Under the pieces are notes generated by a model. The model saw nothing but the letters and a program-made list of their open reading frames with translations, ran no database searches and had not been told where the DNA came from. This document shows, piece after piece, positions 49,803 through 62,998 of a stretch of 64,000 nt of DNA (the stretch's first letter is position 1; each line of letters opens with the position of its first letter). The translations under genes and the position numbers were made by a program. Source of the DNA: Toensbergia leucococca (lineage: Eukaryota); contig JALDZS010000036.1 in NCBI GenBank assembly GCA_022813965.1, positions 62,001 to 126,000 of the forward strand, written 5' to 3'.

Positions 49803-51253
49803 GAGAGTGAGCTCAGCGCCAGAGGAATGTCCTCCCTGTTGCAACACAATTTTATGCAGGTGACGAGCAGTGCACACCCATTCGTACATACGAAGAGCTT
49901 CTTCAAATAGAGACCAAGCATGCACCAGGCACAACTAGAAGTCGTTGAGACAGCATGGAAAGTAAAGACACAACCGTTGTCACCGGGCAGTACATCAGGA
50001 AGAAAGACCAATTGCAAGACTTCTAAAATGTCGAGTGATCTGGCCTCGGCAACTTTTAAAGAAAACCGCTGGGTCGTACCTTCAATTCGGTCTGGTGGCC
50101 CTTTCTGGTGCTGTTGCACAGGATGCTGACATTCAAGCTAAATGAAGCTCAGTATGCTCCTCAGCGGTTGATGAGACACCTCTGATGAGGCTCGTCGCTG
50201 TCATGACTTCAATCTCGATCAATATTTAATAATGCCTGAATAACAGGACAGATTTTGCCGTCCCAAAGAGATCTTGCCGTCCCAAAGCTCCCGTAGAGCT
50301 TTCAATTGCAACTCACACCCTTGAGTGTTGATGCATCCAATGCCAGGAGAAATGTCACGAGATGTGGACCACTCATCTAATAATGGTAGGGTAGCGTACC
50401 CAAGCTCCTGTTTGACGTCTTCATCCCACTAAGAAAACTTCTTAAAAAACCTCTATCTAACCCAAAACATCTATTATGGGACACTCTGTCAAACCTTCTC
50501 AAAGAGACTCCCGAGAGCATCAACAGATTCTTGAATAGCCCGACCGAGAAAAAAGTCCTCTTTGATGATGTGTCACAAGTACCTTCATCTAAATACCAAG
50601 CCCCATTGCACATCTTGTCTAAGTTGTCTATGCCATCAAGAAACTATCAATTAGAGATCTTAAGCACGAGTCTCCCGAGAGCAGGGATGTGACGAGGTTG
50701 CGCAATTTTTTAATAGTCCAAATCTGAATTTCTACTCAAGAACGATCTTGACTCCTCACTTTCCTTGCAGAGAAAACGAGCTGCGAGCAGCCTACGTATT
50801 TCCATAGCTCAAGCTGACCTGAATTTACACGTAAACACCTGTTTGTAATCCCCATTGAAACCAGATCTCATCCCTTGAACAACCGAACATACTAACACAC
50901 ACTCGAGATGAGCGAGCCTAGGTACTAGGAAACGGTAAACCCCGGGCTCAAACACGTAACAGCATACTGTGAAGGCCGCTGTCTTAAGTTTCAATGATAT
51001 AGGATAAATTACCATGTAGAAATACACCCCGACAAGAAGCAGACTTGAGCGGTTGCTTGATTCCATGCCTCTCATGACCAGCACCTTACACCCTTCGCGC
51101 GGAACGGGCTCTACACAGGAATTTGAATACAGTATCAGAGCCGTATTTCTCTCTTCTCTCTCAATCCTAGCATTCCCGTTCTCTTCTCTCCACTCCACTT
51201 CCTTCCCATCCCCAAGTCTCCTCCACTCCTCTCCATCCCACCACCCTCCCAAA

Positions 51254-52883
51254 TCACATGAAAATCTTCTGATCTCTCCTCAAAACATCCCACAGCCCAG
51301 CCACAGCCTTGGCAGCGACACTCTGTTGTGCCGCCTGCTGCGGAAAGTCCACCAACGCCCTTCTTAAAGCCCACCGGCCCGCGTCTCCGAACAAGAGCAG
51401 GAACCGTCCTGCGTTGTTCTCGATCATGGCTTTCAGGACCAGGAAATGCGTCTGTGTTACTTGGTTTGCGGGCACGTTGACGATGCAGGCCAGCGAGTGC
51501 CAGTAATTTTCATTAGGATAGGGATTTTCCTGCCGAGACTTATTGTAATTGCGCAATGCAATCGCAGCGAAACCGGCGCCGAGGCCAGTCATTCTCTCGT
51601 TGTGCCGCTGCGCCGAAATCCACGGCCCTCCTTTCTCTTCTCTCCACCAGCCCAGCCTGGTTTTCCCCTCCACTGTCTTTTCGTCGCCGTAAATGCCCCA
51701 CAAAACCGGACACACAGCGTGAAATTTGGCCATCAGTATGTCGATTAGCGAGAGCCCGTTCCATCTAAAGGCGGCATCGGTGAAGATTTGGCTGGCAATC
51801 AAGCCGACAGGGTCCGCTGCTTTTGGCGAGACGCCAGCTTCGTCGATAAATTGGGAGATTATGGCTTTGGCGAATATGTTAAGTTCGTAGACCAGAAGCG
51901 CTGGGCCCATTGTAGAGCCTTGGATTGGAGGGGGGGATGCAAGGAACATGGGTATTTCGACTTTAGGCTCGGGGACTGAGGCGGCAGTCCTTAAGACTTT
52001 GAGTAGTTGTGCATGCTGAGTCGCCTGATTTAGCATCCTTCATGACCTGGCTCATTAGCACTTACCGGCTCTTTGTCTTTCTTCTTATCGCCTATTAATT
52101 GTCCAACGCATTTTTTTATTTCACGTCTCATATCACCCATCTGTATCTTCAAAGCCTCGTTCTGCTTGGCCTGTTCCTTCATATTCGTACGAAGATCTTT
52201 CAGTCGCTGATGGATCTCCAAATATCGCTGATGCTCGGCTTCATTTTGTGGATCAGACCGACTCGGTTCTCGTGCAGGTATAGCCCTCGAGGGACTAGGG
52301 GCCGCAGCTGGCTTCGGAGGTGGTGTCTGCTTCTGCACGGTCGTTAGTTGTGCTCTCTCCTCCTTGGGGTACCTTTATGCACCTTTTGCTCTGCCTCTTG
52401 CTTTTCTCGTAAAAGCTTGGTAGCCTCAGCTTTAGCCTCAGCCTCTTGCCTTTCCTTCTCTACCTTCCGCTTCTCCACTGCTGCAGTCGCAGCTTTTCGT
52501 GCCTCATCCAACCTCTTCTGCTCAATTGCTGCAATCCTAGCTTGCTCGATCTCACGGCGACGCTCAGCAATCTCCTTTTCAGTCTTCTCTTGGCGCTTTA
52601 GTTCCAATTGCTTTTGTTCCTCTTGTTCCCGTGCCTTACGCTCATTCTCTATTCGAAGACGTAATATCTCACATTGGGTTTCGGCGCTTTTTCGAACTCG
52701 TTCATGTTCCGCTGCTGCCGCAGCCAAGGCAAGCGTATGAGCTGCTTCTCGGTCGCTATTCACCCGGTCTAAACGATCGTTAAAATTTTCCTGTGATTTG
52801 ATCGATAAGTGGCCAAGCTCCCACAACAGCTGCCTCGACGGACTGTCCTGTGCTTTTTTGTAGGGACTTGAGGAGATTTCCAT
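51254..52883 (-). CDS. GLE1: mRNA export factor Gle1
   Basis: Charged coiled-coil N-half, then RREIKKCVGQL, LNIFAKAIISQF, MAKFHAVCPVLWG, ERMTGLGAGFAAI and WHSLACIVN. Needs introns at ~52333-52382 and ~52066. Confidence 0.85.
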
Positions 52884-54248
52884 CTCATTGGTGGTGCAGA
52901 CGAGCTGCAAATAATGCAGTATCAAAGGGTCAAATTGTTGGTTAAGACATGAAACCCAAGATCAAAGCAATATCAACTGTTGGACAGGTTGATGTCAATT
53001 TATCCGTACCGTGGCCATGTGTTGTTCGGCGGTTCTTTCGTCTGGCGGACGCAGTTGTAGAGAGATCCTCGTTACTTGTACAGGTAGTGGCTCAGTCGAG
53101 CGGAGGATCTGGGTAAGTAGAATCTTTGTATAGTTGCCGTCCCAAGCCTCGAGGACAATGGAGGTTGAAGACAACATGCCAAGTCAGCTTGACTTACAAG
53201 GGTTCACACCTTAGTGAAAGCGCTAATGCGTAGTCTACGGGTAGAAGCGAGAATCTGGTGCAGCCAATAGTCTTGCGACTTATAGATTTCCCGGTTTTGT
53301 TTCATAGGTAAGAGTCAATAATGCCGAGGAAGTAGAGAACGAGGATAAGGATATAATAGAAATAGAACAAGGAATTGCCTATTGTAGAGGAACAGCAACA
53401 CAACACCTCAACGCTTGACTGGGTGAATCATACAAAGTTGAGACGAGTCTTTTTCTTTTCTCTTTCCGAGGGTTCGATAGAATAGAATAGAAAGGCTTCT
53501 TCAAATCATGTCCGATGTTGAACAGCACGTGATACAAAGTACTTGTAAAAAGGACGGAGAGTATCCGTACAAGTCAACCGCTGCTAGCTCAGTCACTTTG
53601 CTTTTGACATGTCGATGCTTGGCTCGATGACTGCTTCGTCGACAGCCAAGTGCCTGACTCCATAAAGTAGTATTCATCCTCGTATTGTACTTGTAGTTCT
53701 ATTCTAGCTTCTGAACAGCTCGGGTGATATTAATCCCAGTCGCACTAGGTGGATTCTAATTCCGCACAGCATCTCACTTCGCCTGCTCACCATCGACACT
53801 CCTTCTCTGCCATCGTCACTCTCTCCCTACGTACATCCTCCATCCTTCCTTCATCTCCGTCGGTCTCTTTCCCAATTGCTGTAGAAAACTGTTACCTTCC
53901 ACACAAACTACTTTACATAGAAACTGTCATTTGCGGGCATCTGTCAACGTCACCGTCGTCGGGCCTGTGCTACCAGGCTATCGTAGCCATACATATCCTG
54001 TCTCTCCGATTCTTCGTTCCATTCTCCCCGGTATTCGAAACTCTCACATTCCCATCCTTCCGGCTCTTCCAGCTTTACGACCAGGAGAACAATTCTTTTG
54101 CTTCTCAGCTGCGACAGGCGTCTTCCGCCATCCGAGCAAGAATCCGGGTACTTTTGTCAGCCATCGAACGATTGTCTTTGGCACACAACGCTCCTTTCCT
54201 CGAAAATATCAGTCAATTTAAGTTCTTCGTCTTCCCAAAGCCTCGACG

Positions 54249-57200
54249 ATGGATCAACAAGGGCATCCTGGGGTTCCTGGCCCCACAGGGAGAAGATTAC
54301 ACATTGCACATCGACGCAGTCCTTCAGAGATGACTCCAATGATTAGTGAGTGCTACCAAAAGTCTTCCAGCCAACATCTGAGGCACCGTACAAAGTCTCT
54401 TCCCTAGTATCAATGAGCATTATGAACATTCATTGATACGGTACTGACGTGTATGGTCTTAGTGGAACAACTTGCTCTGCAGCAACAGATCGAGCATCTC
54501 CAGCAACAACAGCAACAAATAGCCGCCACGCATCAGCAATATGTAAATATGGGAATGATCCCTCAACAGCAGCAACTGCAACAAATACCTACTGTCAGCT
54601 TTCCCACCCCACAAGGACAAGTAACCATGGCTGGCATGTCTCCTCATGCCAATGCATTCCAGTTTCCGCAACAGATACAGCCCCAACAACTAGGTATCCC
54701 AATGAACGCTCCTACCCAACCTTCCTCACACCGCCGTAATCAATCGGCACTCCCCAATATGAGCATGGGCCCACCCCCAGCACCTTCGGCTGGTGCTTCT
54801 AGCTCAGGATATAGCGACTTCAATCAGCAGGGTCAAGGACGTGAAAATGGATCCCAAAGGGCTGGCCGAGGCGGCGGACCTCCTAGTGGAGGTCATCAAC
54901 GTCGTCATTCTCTTGCATTACCGGAAGCCAAAAAGGCTGCTGAACTAGCGCAGCAAAAGAGAACTACGTCTGGCTTCCAATTTCCAATACCTGGGGCTTC
55001 TGGTGCTTCTCCAACAAGCACTCACAGATCAACTAGTCCAGCAGGTTCTGACGATAGGATAAATCAAGGTCAACAGCCTCCTCCTTTCCAGTCTGGTCTC
55101 AGCGCTCGCTCAGGTAACCGCGGAGTTCCTGGTCACGGTAGGAGTGTCAGCATGGCGGTTGGTAATGGTCGAGGTCTTGCTCCAGGCCGTGGCGCGGGTG
55201 GATTTCAATTCCCACCTCCAATGGCGACTAATGACGCCGGAGCAGCCGCCGTAGGGAATCAGTCCGATTTGCAGCGTCGAGGTAGCGGCAGTGGACATGG
55301 TCGAACATCATCGAGAAATTTTGAAGGTAACTGGAGACAACAGAACAACAACCAGCCCCAAATGCAGGAACAGCAACAAGCCATGGGAACCTTTTCACAA
55401 AACCAGAACCCTACTGCCAATGTCTTCCAGCCTGGACATAGAGTAAGAGGTTCAATGAATCAATCGATTGGCTCTATTGGTCCTTTCCAATTTCCAAATC
55501 AGCCGCAGTTGGTTCAACTGCCCCAAGGCCAAGTCATGATCCAGCAACCACCAATGTTTGCTGGCCAGCAAATTAACCCGTTGCAGCTAACCCAACTACA
55601 AGCCATGCAAGCAGCCCAATTGAGTGGTCAGCAATATGCTGGCCTTCAAGCAAGCCAGCATGCTCAGCCCCAATTATCAGCGCAACAACAGCAGCAGCAA
55701 CGCAAAACTCTTTTCACTCCTTATCTTCCACAGGCGAGCCTTCCAGCATTGTTATCTGATGGGCAACTTGTTTCAGGTATACTTCGTGTCAATAAGAAGA
55801 ATCGTAGTGATGCTTATGTCACTACGAACGACCTTGATGCCGACATTTTCATTTGTGGCAGTAAGGACAGGAATAGGGCACTTGAGGGCGATCTTGTAGC
55901 CATCGAACTCCTTGATGTTGACGAAGTTTGGGGTCAGAAGCGCGAAAAGGAAGAGAAAAAGAAACGCAAGGACATCACCGACACCAGGACTAGCAATAGC
56001 AGTGCGGGCAATGACAAGCCTTCTCGAAGCGATTCCGGTGCAAACGGTGATAGTAGCCAAACGGGTGGTACCGAAGGCGGCATTAGAAGAAGAGGAAGCC
56101 TGAGACAGAGACCTACACAGAAGAAGAATGACGATGTGGAGGTAGAAGGTCAAAGTCTTTTGCTGATGGAAGAGGAGGAGGTCAACGACGAGCAAAAGCC
56201 GTTATACGCCGGCCATGTCGTCGCTGTTGTGGAGCGTGTTGCAGGGCAAATGTTCTCAGGGTTAGTAGGACGTCCGTCTTCTTCAAGCAGGGTGCTAATT
56301 GCTCTACTTTAGTACCCTCGGATTATTGAGACCCAGCAGTCAAGCCACAAAAGAGAAGCAGGAAGCTGAGCGTCAGCAACGTGAGGGGAGCTCTGGCCGT
56401 CACCAGCCTGATCGTCAACAAGACAAGCCGAAGATTGTCTGGTTCAAGCCGACTGATAAGCGTGTGCCACTTATTGCAATTCCTACGGAACAGGCGCCTC
56501 GGGATTTTGTTGAGAGACATCAAGACTATGCTAACCGAATATTCGTTGCCTGCATAAAACGTTGGCCCATCACTTCCCTCCATCCTTTTGGTACTTTGGT
56601 AGAGCTGCTCGGCGAGATGGGTGATTTGAAGGTTGAAACCGACGCACTTCTGAGGGACAACAATTTTGGTCCTGACGACTTCTCGGATGCGGTGCTGAAA
56701 AACATAGGCTTTGATGAATGGTCGGTCAGTAACGAAAGTGAAGAAGCACTTGCATCTCGGCGAGATTTCCGTGAAGAGACCACATTTACGATCGACCCTA
56801 ACGGGACCGAGGAGCTCGATGATGCAATTCATGTGAAAGAGCTTGATTCTGGCACGGTCGAAATTGGTATACACGTGGCTGATGCAGCTCACTTCATCAA
56901 GGCAAATTCCTTAGTGGATCGCGAGGCAAAGAAGCGTGGAACAGGCGTTTACCTAATGAATCGCGCTGTCAATATGCTTCCACCGAAATTATCATCGGAG
57001 ATATGTTCTTTGAGTCCAGGAGAAGAAAGATTCACAGTGAGCGTCGTTTTCAAAGTTGATCTCGAAAGTGGCCGAGTCATCGACGATGACGCCTGGATTG
57101 GGAAAGCCATGATCAGAAGTTCGGGTAAATTGACTTACGATGAAGTCGACGCCGTGATTCATGGTCAGAGCGAGGTGCAGCTTCAGGGGGCTACTGCGAA

Positions 57201-58791
57201 AGATATCCAGATCTTGAAGGTAAAAGTTGCGTCAGCTTCGATTTATAATCAACGTGACTGACAGGGAACAGAGGGTTGCGCAGAAATTTCGTGAAGCCCG
57301 ATATGGCTCTCGATCGGAAAACCCACCCCCTCTACGCCTTTTATATCAGCTTGATGATGAAAACGTCCCAGTTGAACACAATATATTTGACTCCACACCT
57401 GCTCATGAGATCATCGAGGAGCTCAGCCATAAAGCGAACTCATATGTCGCAGAGAAGATTGCTGCAGCTTTACCGGAAAAGGCGTTCCTTCGCCGCCAGG
57501 CGGCACCAAACCCACGAAGACTACAGACCTTTGCGGAAAGAATGACAAAGATCGGGTACGAAATTGATACGACAAGCAGCGGAACACTGCAGAACAGTCT
57601 ATTTGCCGTGAAGGATAGTGATATGCGCAAGGTTTGTCCGCTATGGAAGAATTGAAAGGCTCTCACTGACAACCATGCAGGGTATGGAGACTTTGCTCGT
57701 GAAGGCTATGCAACGTGCAAAATACTTCGTCGCCGGGCGGACACGGCGAGAATACTATCCACATTACGCACTAAACATTCCATTATATACTCATTTCACT
57801 AATCCTTCTCGCCGATATGCTGATATCATCGTTCATCGCCAGCTAGAGGTGGCACTGTCCAATGGTGTCATGGAATTTACGGAAGATGTTGAGAATCTCA
57901 TCAAAACAGCAGAGCAATGCAACACAAAGAAAGATTCAGCACAAAGTGCTCAAGAGCAGAGTGTCCACATTGAATCCTGTCGGATCATGGATAAAAAACG
58001 TGACGAGTTGGGTGAAGACTTGATTAGTGAGGGTATTGTTATCTGTGTCTATGAATCAGCCTTCGATGTTTTGATTCCTGAATACGGTTTCGAAAAGCGT
58101 GTCCACTGTGATCAGCTACCATTGAAGAAGGCTGAGTTCCGCAAGAATGAACGCGTGCTCGAGCTTTACTGGGAGAAAGGTGTTCCGTCATCTGCATACA
58201 TACCTGAGGACGAACGTCCGAAAGCTGGACCAGGATCTCGACATACAAGCAGTGGGCATGCCGGACGTCGTAACGATAGTGTCAGACCGCAGCACACAAA
58301 AGAGAGCGATGAACTACAGCGCAGACAGACAGAGACTGGCACCATGTCTACAGATGATGTGGACGCCTTGTTTGATGACGAAGAATCCGTGTCGGAAATC
58401 ACCGAATCAACGGCGGGCGTATCCCTTGGCCCACCTTCTTCTAGCGATCGTCCAACGCAGAGTATGCCTCCATCGCCAACACGCACGGGTCCTACGGCGG
58501 ATCAAGCTCCTCATCGTACTCGTTCCGACTCCAAGCTTGGCTCTAGTGTGGGTGAAGAGCCTGAGAGCAGACTGACGACCAAAGAAAGATATATGAGTTT
58601 CTTCAAGCTTAGGGAGGAAGGTGGCGAATACATTCAGGATGTTACGGAGATGACAAGAGTTCCAGTCATTCTCAAAACTGACCTCACAAAGAGTCCTCCG
58701 TAAGCTTGGCTTGTGGGTTTAGAAGTGGTTTTATGCTAACGCATTACGCAGTTGCTTGACAATCCGTTCGATGAACCCATACGCCATGTGA
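54249..58791 (+). CDS. SSD1: Ssd1/Sts5/GUL-1 RNB-domain mRNA-binding protein, 6 exons
   Basis: RRLHIAHRRSPSE; Q-rich N-terminus with several HxRxxS Cbk1-type sites; RKTLFTPYLPQ, GILRVNKKNRSDAYV, IVWFKPTDKRVPLIAIP, IKRWPITSLHPFG, YTHFTNPSRRYAD and terminal CLTIRSMNPYAM*. Confidence 0.96.
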
Positions 58792-59879
58792 GGCAAGTAG
58801 TCAGGCTGAAGCGCTCCGTACGCTATTGGGCCGCAATACGAGGAAACTCAATATAGATATTCGACTATTATTACCTTCAGAAACGTCGAGTGATAAAGAG
58901 TCATCATTGTCACGTTATATTACCCGTCCGGGGAGCAATTTCGATTGCTGTAGATTGAAACAAGCAGGAAATGGACAGATAGACGGATTCATGATGAGAG
59001 CTTGAAGACGAAGAAGCTGTGAAAGCTCGATGGATTCCTTCAACAAAAATATTCTTAGCTCGAGCTGTAAGACATTTGACAGCGAGCAAGCATCAGCTAG
59101 GCAATATCAAGTATAGAGATACGGTAGTATACAATTACGTAGTACTTAATCATTGCTTTTGAGCGACATATGATTCATCTGCAAGACCATGTACAGCTAT
59201 TCTATTCGGTGTATTTATAAATGTCTCAAGGCGCTGAGATGATGCTAAAGCTGCTAGACGTGGAACATACCTCTTCGCCATCTGAACACCAGCACGCTTT
59301 TGAGAATATTCGCCACAATAGGCCTTGGCAATGAGTCTCCTTGATTGAAATTGATATTCAGGTTTGTTCCATGTGTACTCGGTAATGAAGTGTATTTGTG
59401 TACTGCAGAGTGGAGAATGTCAATCACCCGAGGACAGGAACTAAAAAGCCGCACGGTTGAGCAGGTTGAATGTGGCAATAGCGGTGGCAATGAATATTCC
59501 AAGAAGTAAGAATAGCATTCGAAGGGGCCATGTGAAGACTCTCTTTTGCATAATGAATGTTTGCTCATAGGGACTAGCTGGCTAGGTAGGGAGTAGGTTT
59601 TCGTTTTGTACCGTAGCTAATACGAGGCGGAACAGGGGTCAGGGGTTGCGACGCCTCTAGGGCAACGAAGCCTAATTTATATAAACATGCACTACGTCTC
59701 CCTTGCCTCACACACTCATCCGTTTCCACATCAACCACACTGCCATTCAAATACCTACTCGCAATCACGCTCGCTACTTCCTCATTCTTCTTCTCTACCA
59801 CACTCTCCATAATTAAAAAAAAGTAAATTTTAATACAACCTTCCTACCTAATCCAAACCAAAATATCCTCGTTGCCAAC

Positions 59880-60526
59880 ATGCGTCTCTCAATTATTCTC
59901 TCCATTCCTTTTGCCGCCGCAGCCATTGCCCAGAATACGACCGCACCTTATGTACGTCTAGAACTACAACTCCCACCTTCCACTAACCCGGTCTTTCCCT
60001 GCCAAACATGCTTTTGCATCTTCGCTTGCCAAAATATGCGTCTCAGTCATCTTATTGATCATCTCCTACTATCCCAGTGCTTGTTGCTAATCACACTTTC
60101 CTATAGACCAATGGCTTCACATCTTTCACCACCGAGACAAATTCAGAAGGCGTAATCACCGGCCAACCGACAGTCGTTACTTCCCAACCACTACCTGTCA
60201 CCACCGAACCCTCGGTCATCACTTCTGAGACTGCTGCTGCTACATACATACCCTCGGGACCTCAAGGCGTCCCCGCATCAGCAATCGGCGGCTCTTCCTA
60301 TTCCAACAGCAGCACTGTCGGAGCTAGTGGTACAACTAAAAGCGGGTCTTCTACCTCTGGTTCTTCAATGTCTTCCTCTGAAACGTCATCTTCGTCGGCC
60401 AAGGGGCCCAGCACGTCTTCGGGAAGCTCCGGTACTGCATCGACGACCTCAACAGCGGGAGCGAGTGTGCTACAGCCTATTCTTGGACTCGGATTCGCCG
60501 GTGCTTTATTCGCTGCATTCTTATGA
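59880..60526 (+). CDS. GPI-anchored Ser/Thr-rich cell-wall protein, 2 exons
   Basis: Signal peptide MRLSIILSIPFAAAAIA; intron 59952-60106; TNSEGVITGQPTVVTSQP, Ser/Thr/Gly tract, and C-terminal AGASVLQPILGLGFAGALFAAFL*. Confidence 0.85.
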
Positions 60527-61618
60527 GACGATGGGGTTGGCATTAGCGATTTATGGGCTGGTTTGAGGCCCGGAAAAGGTTCATAGCGGGAGGGATTGAA
60601 GCTGAAGGCACCACTGGATGGCGTTCTTGTTCTGTTCGGGTCGGAAACTACCTTATGTTTTGCTCTTTAGCGTTGCGAGCATTTTGTAATAGGGCTTCTT
60701 CCATGCAAAGATAGCCAGGATAAAATCGTGGTCTTAGATAGAACAATAATGAAGCTTGATTCTTTGAAGTACTCCAAGAATGGGTGATCGAATATTCCAC
60801 TATGCCGTCGATTGCTCCCCACCACATGCGGCAGCCAGTAGAGGTGTGTATTGGACAAACGTGGACGACTTGATAGAGAATTCTCCATCTCCGTATCGTC
60901 GGCGGAATCCGTCGAATCATGTCCATGCTAACACCACTCACACCATCTACTGCATCTGCTACCCCTCCCTCGCCCAGATTATGTACTTCCCTCACTAGGA
61001 ATTGCCTCGACCTAATCTTTGGCCACCATTCTATCCGTACGAGTCTTCTGATAGGCGCAATTCTCTCCTTCTGCTTTCTTTTTCCCGCGCCGTCGACCAG
61101 TTGACCAACAGCGCAATCGGATCTCGACGTCAACTGATAGTTGGCATCAAGCGCTCCCGAATCCTTCCTTTCGTTTGACGACAATGTAGCCCGAAGACAT
61201 CATCGCATTTTCATCGCATTCTCATCTCACACTCCATCCTCTACCTGATCAACTGCTCCCGCCTCCACCGTAAGCCGGAAGAGGTGACATCTTACTTACT
61301 CTGCCATTGAGCCCCTTACAGTCCTACCTATTGCATCTGTCGTCTCTAGCGTTAGAGCACGTAAGGCAATAGCCGTTGAAGTAATTGGACATGTCGCATC
61401 ATTGTTGCTAGAACCGCACTGGTTGATTTCACGACGCATCGTGTTACAACTTCGTTCTTTGCCTGGGCGTTCTAGAACCTCCAAACTCCCACCGTCAGAC
61501 ACCAGTCTGCTTATCTCCTGGTTGCTTGCCGCTTTGAAAACCGCCGTCAAAGGCATTGACCTTGCCTCCAGCCTCCAAAGTTGCGCATCAAAAGTACTCA
61601 TTAATTCTCATAAATATC

Positions 61619-62998
61619 ATGTCCTGGTTCTGGCGCGGGTTTCAATCTGCTATCTTCTACTATGTCGCCTGCACTCCTTGCACCAAGTGGTCTTATCGAC
61701 GTCGTAAAAAGCTAGAAGCTCAACGGTCCAGAGCAGAGAAGGCAGCCAATAACACCCAAGAAAATGGGCATTACGAGCATCCTTCACCATTTAGCACCAA
61801 TGCATATTGGAGGGAAGAAATGACACTTGGACCTGGACCACCAAGGAAGGGTAATAGAGACAGGGATAAAGGAAGAATTGCGAGCAGAGGACTGCAGTCG
61901 GCTGGACAGGCAAATGACCTGTCGACTGGGGCAAGTAGCGTGGATACGGTAGTTGCGGAAGAAATGACCGAGGAGCAAAGTGACGACCAGGACCAGAATT
62001 GGAATCGACGGAGGTACCAACGAGAGGATGAGATGCTGTGGGGCATTGACGGCAGTGATCATGATCCTGCAGATGAATCACTTGAGCTTTCCGAGACACA
62101 TAGATCAGGTGGGGCGGGTGGTGGCAGAACGGGAAACTATTATGTCGCAAGGAATCCAGCAGTCAATGATCTACATCCACCCATCGTGAGCACACATCCA
62201 GCCCATCGAAGTGAGACAAAATGGATGCTGCAGCCACCACCGAGCGCAAAGATTATGGAAGGAAAGGAGAGAGCACAGATGAATAGAAGACGAAGTGGAA
62301 GTGGAGGAAGTTATGGCAGTAGCAGAAAAAGTGGTATAAACATCAATTTAGGGAGGAGGATAGGCGAAAAAGCAATAGAGGAGAAGGTCAAGAAAGGTGA
62401 ACGGCCACCGACTGCGAGCTCGGCGTCAATGATGAGCAGAGAGACGTCAAAAAAGAGCGAACGGCCCACCACTGCGCAAACAGTGTCGATGATGAGTAGG
62501 GAGCCATCAAGAACGAGTACAATAACGGATGTCCAAGGCCAACCTCATGATAGAGATGCACGCTTGTCGAGTGAGTCAAGGTCCTCGGACTACTCACTCA
62601 AAAAGCAACATCCCCCACCCATCACCATCTCCGAGGATACCAACCAGCGCTTTACCATACTACCCTCCAACGATTCGCCCTCAACCCCCTCCAAACCTCC
62701 CCTCAAACCCCTTCCCCCGCACCTACGCCCCATTCTCCTCTCTACCTCCAGCGCCTCCTCTCTCCACATCCTCCAAGAACTCGTTTCTCCCTCAGCCCTA
62801 AATCTCCGCTCCCGCTCCCCTCTCCCTGAATCCCGCATCAAACTCCCGCCTGCTAGCGAACAGGAAGACTGGGATCTGGCCCTGCCGGAATGCGAGAGCT
62901 GGTTCCCAGGTCTGGATTTTCGCTTTCCTAATGGAGATGAGGGCGAGAATGAGCGGGGGGTGAGGGTGAGAGGTGGGAGGTGGAGTGCAGATTTCTGA
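61619..62998 (+). CDS. Conserved hypothetical fungal protein (~459 aa)
   Basis: Intronless; blocks FQSAIFYYVACTPC, HPSPFSTNAYWREEMTLGPGPP, WNRRRYQREDEMLWG, ARNPAVNDLHPPIVS, WMLQPPPSAKIMEGK and terminal RWSADF. Confidence 0.8.
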   Translation: MSWFWRGFQSAIFYYVACTPCTKWSYRRRKKLEAQRSRAEKAANNTQENGHYEHPSPFSTNAYWREEMTLGPGPPRKGNRDRDKGRIASRGLQSAGQANDLSTGASSVDTVVAEEMTEEQSDDQDQNWNRRRYQREDEMLWGIDGSDHDPADESLELSETHRSGGAGGGRTGNYYVARNPAVNDLHPPIVSTHPAHRSETKWMLQPPPSAKIMEGKERAQMNRRRSGSGGSYGSSRKSGININLGRRIGEKAIEEKVKKGERPPTASSASMMSRETSKKSERPTTAQTVSMMSREPSRTSTITDVQGQPHDRDARLSSESRSSDYSLKKQHPPPITISEDTNQRFTILPSNDSPSTPSKPPLKPLPPHLRPILLSTSSASSLHILQELVSPSALNLRSRSPLPESRIKLPPASEQEDWDLALPECESWFPGLDFRFPNGDEGENERGVRVRGGRWSADF

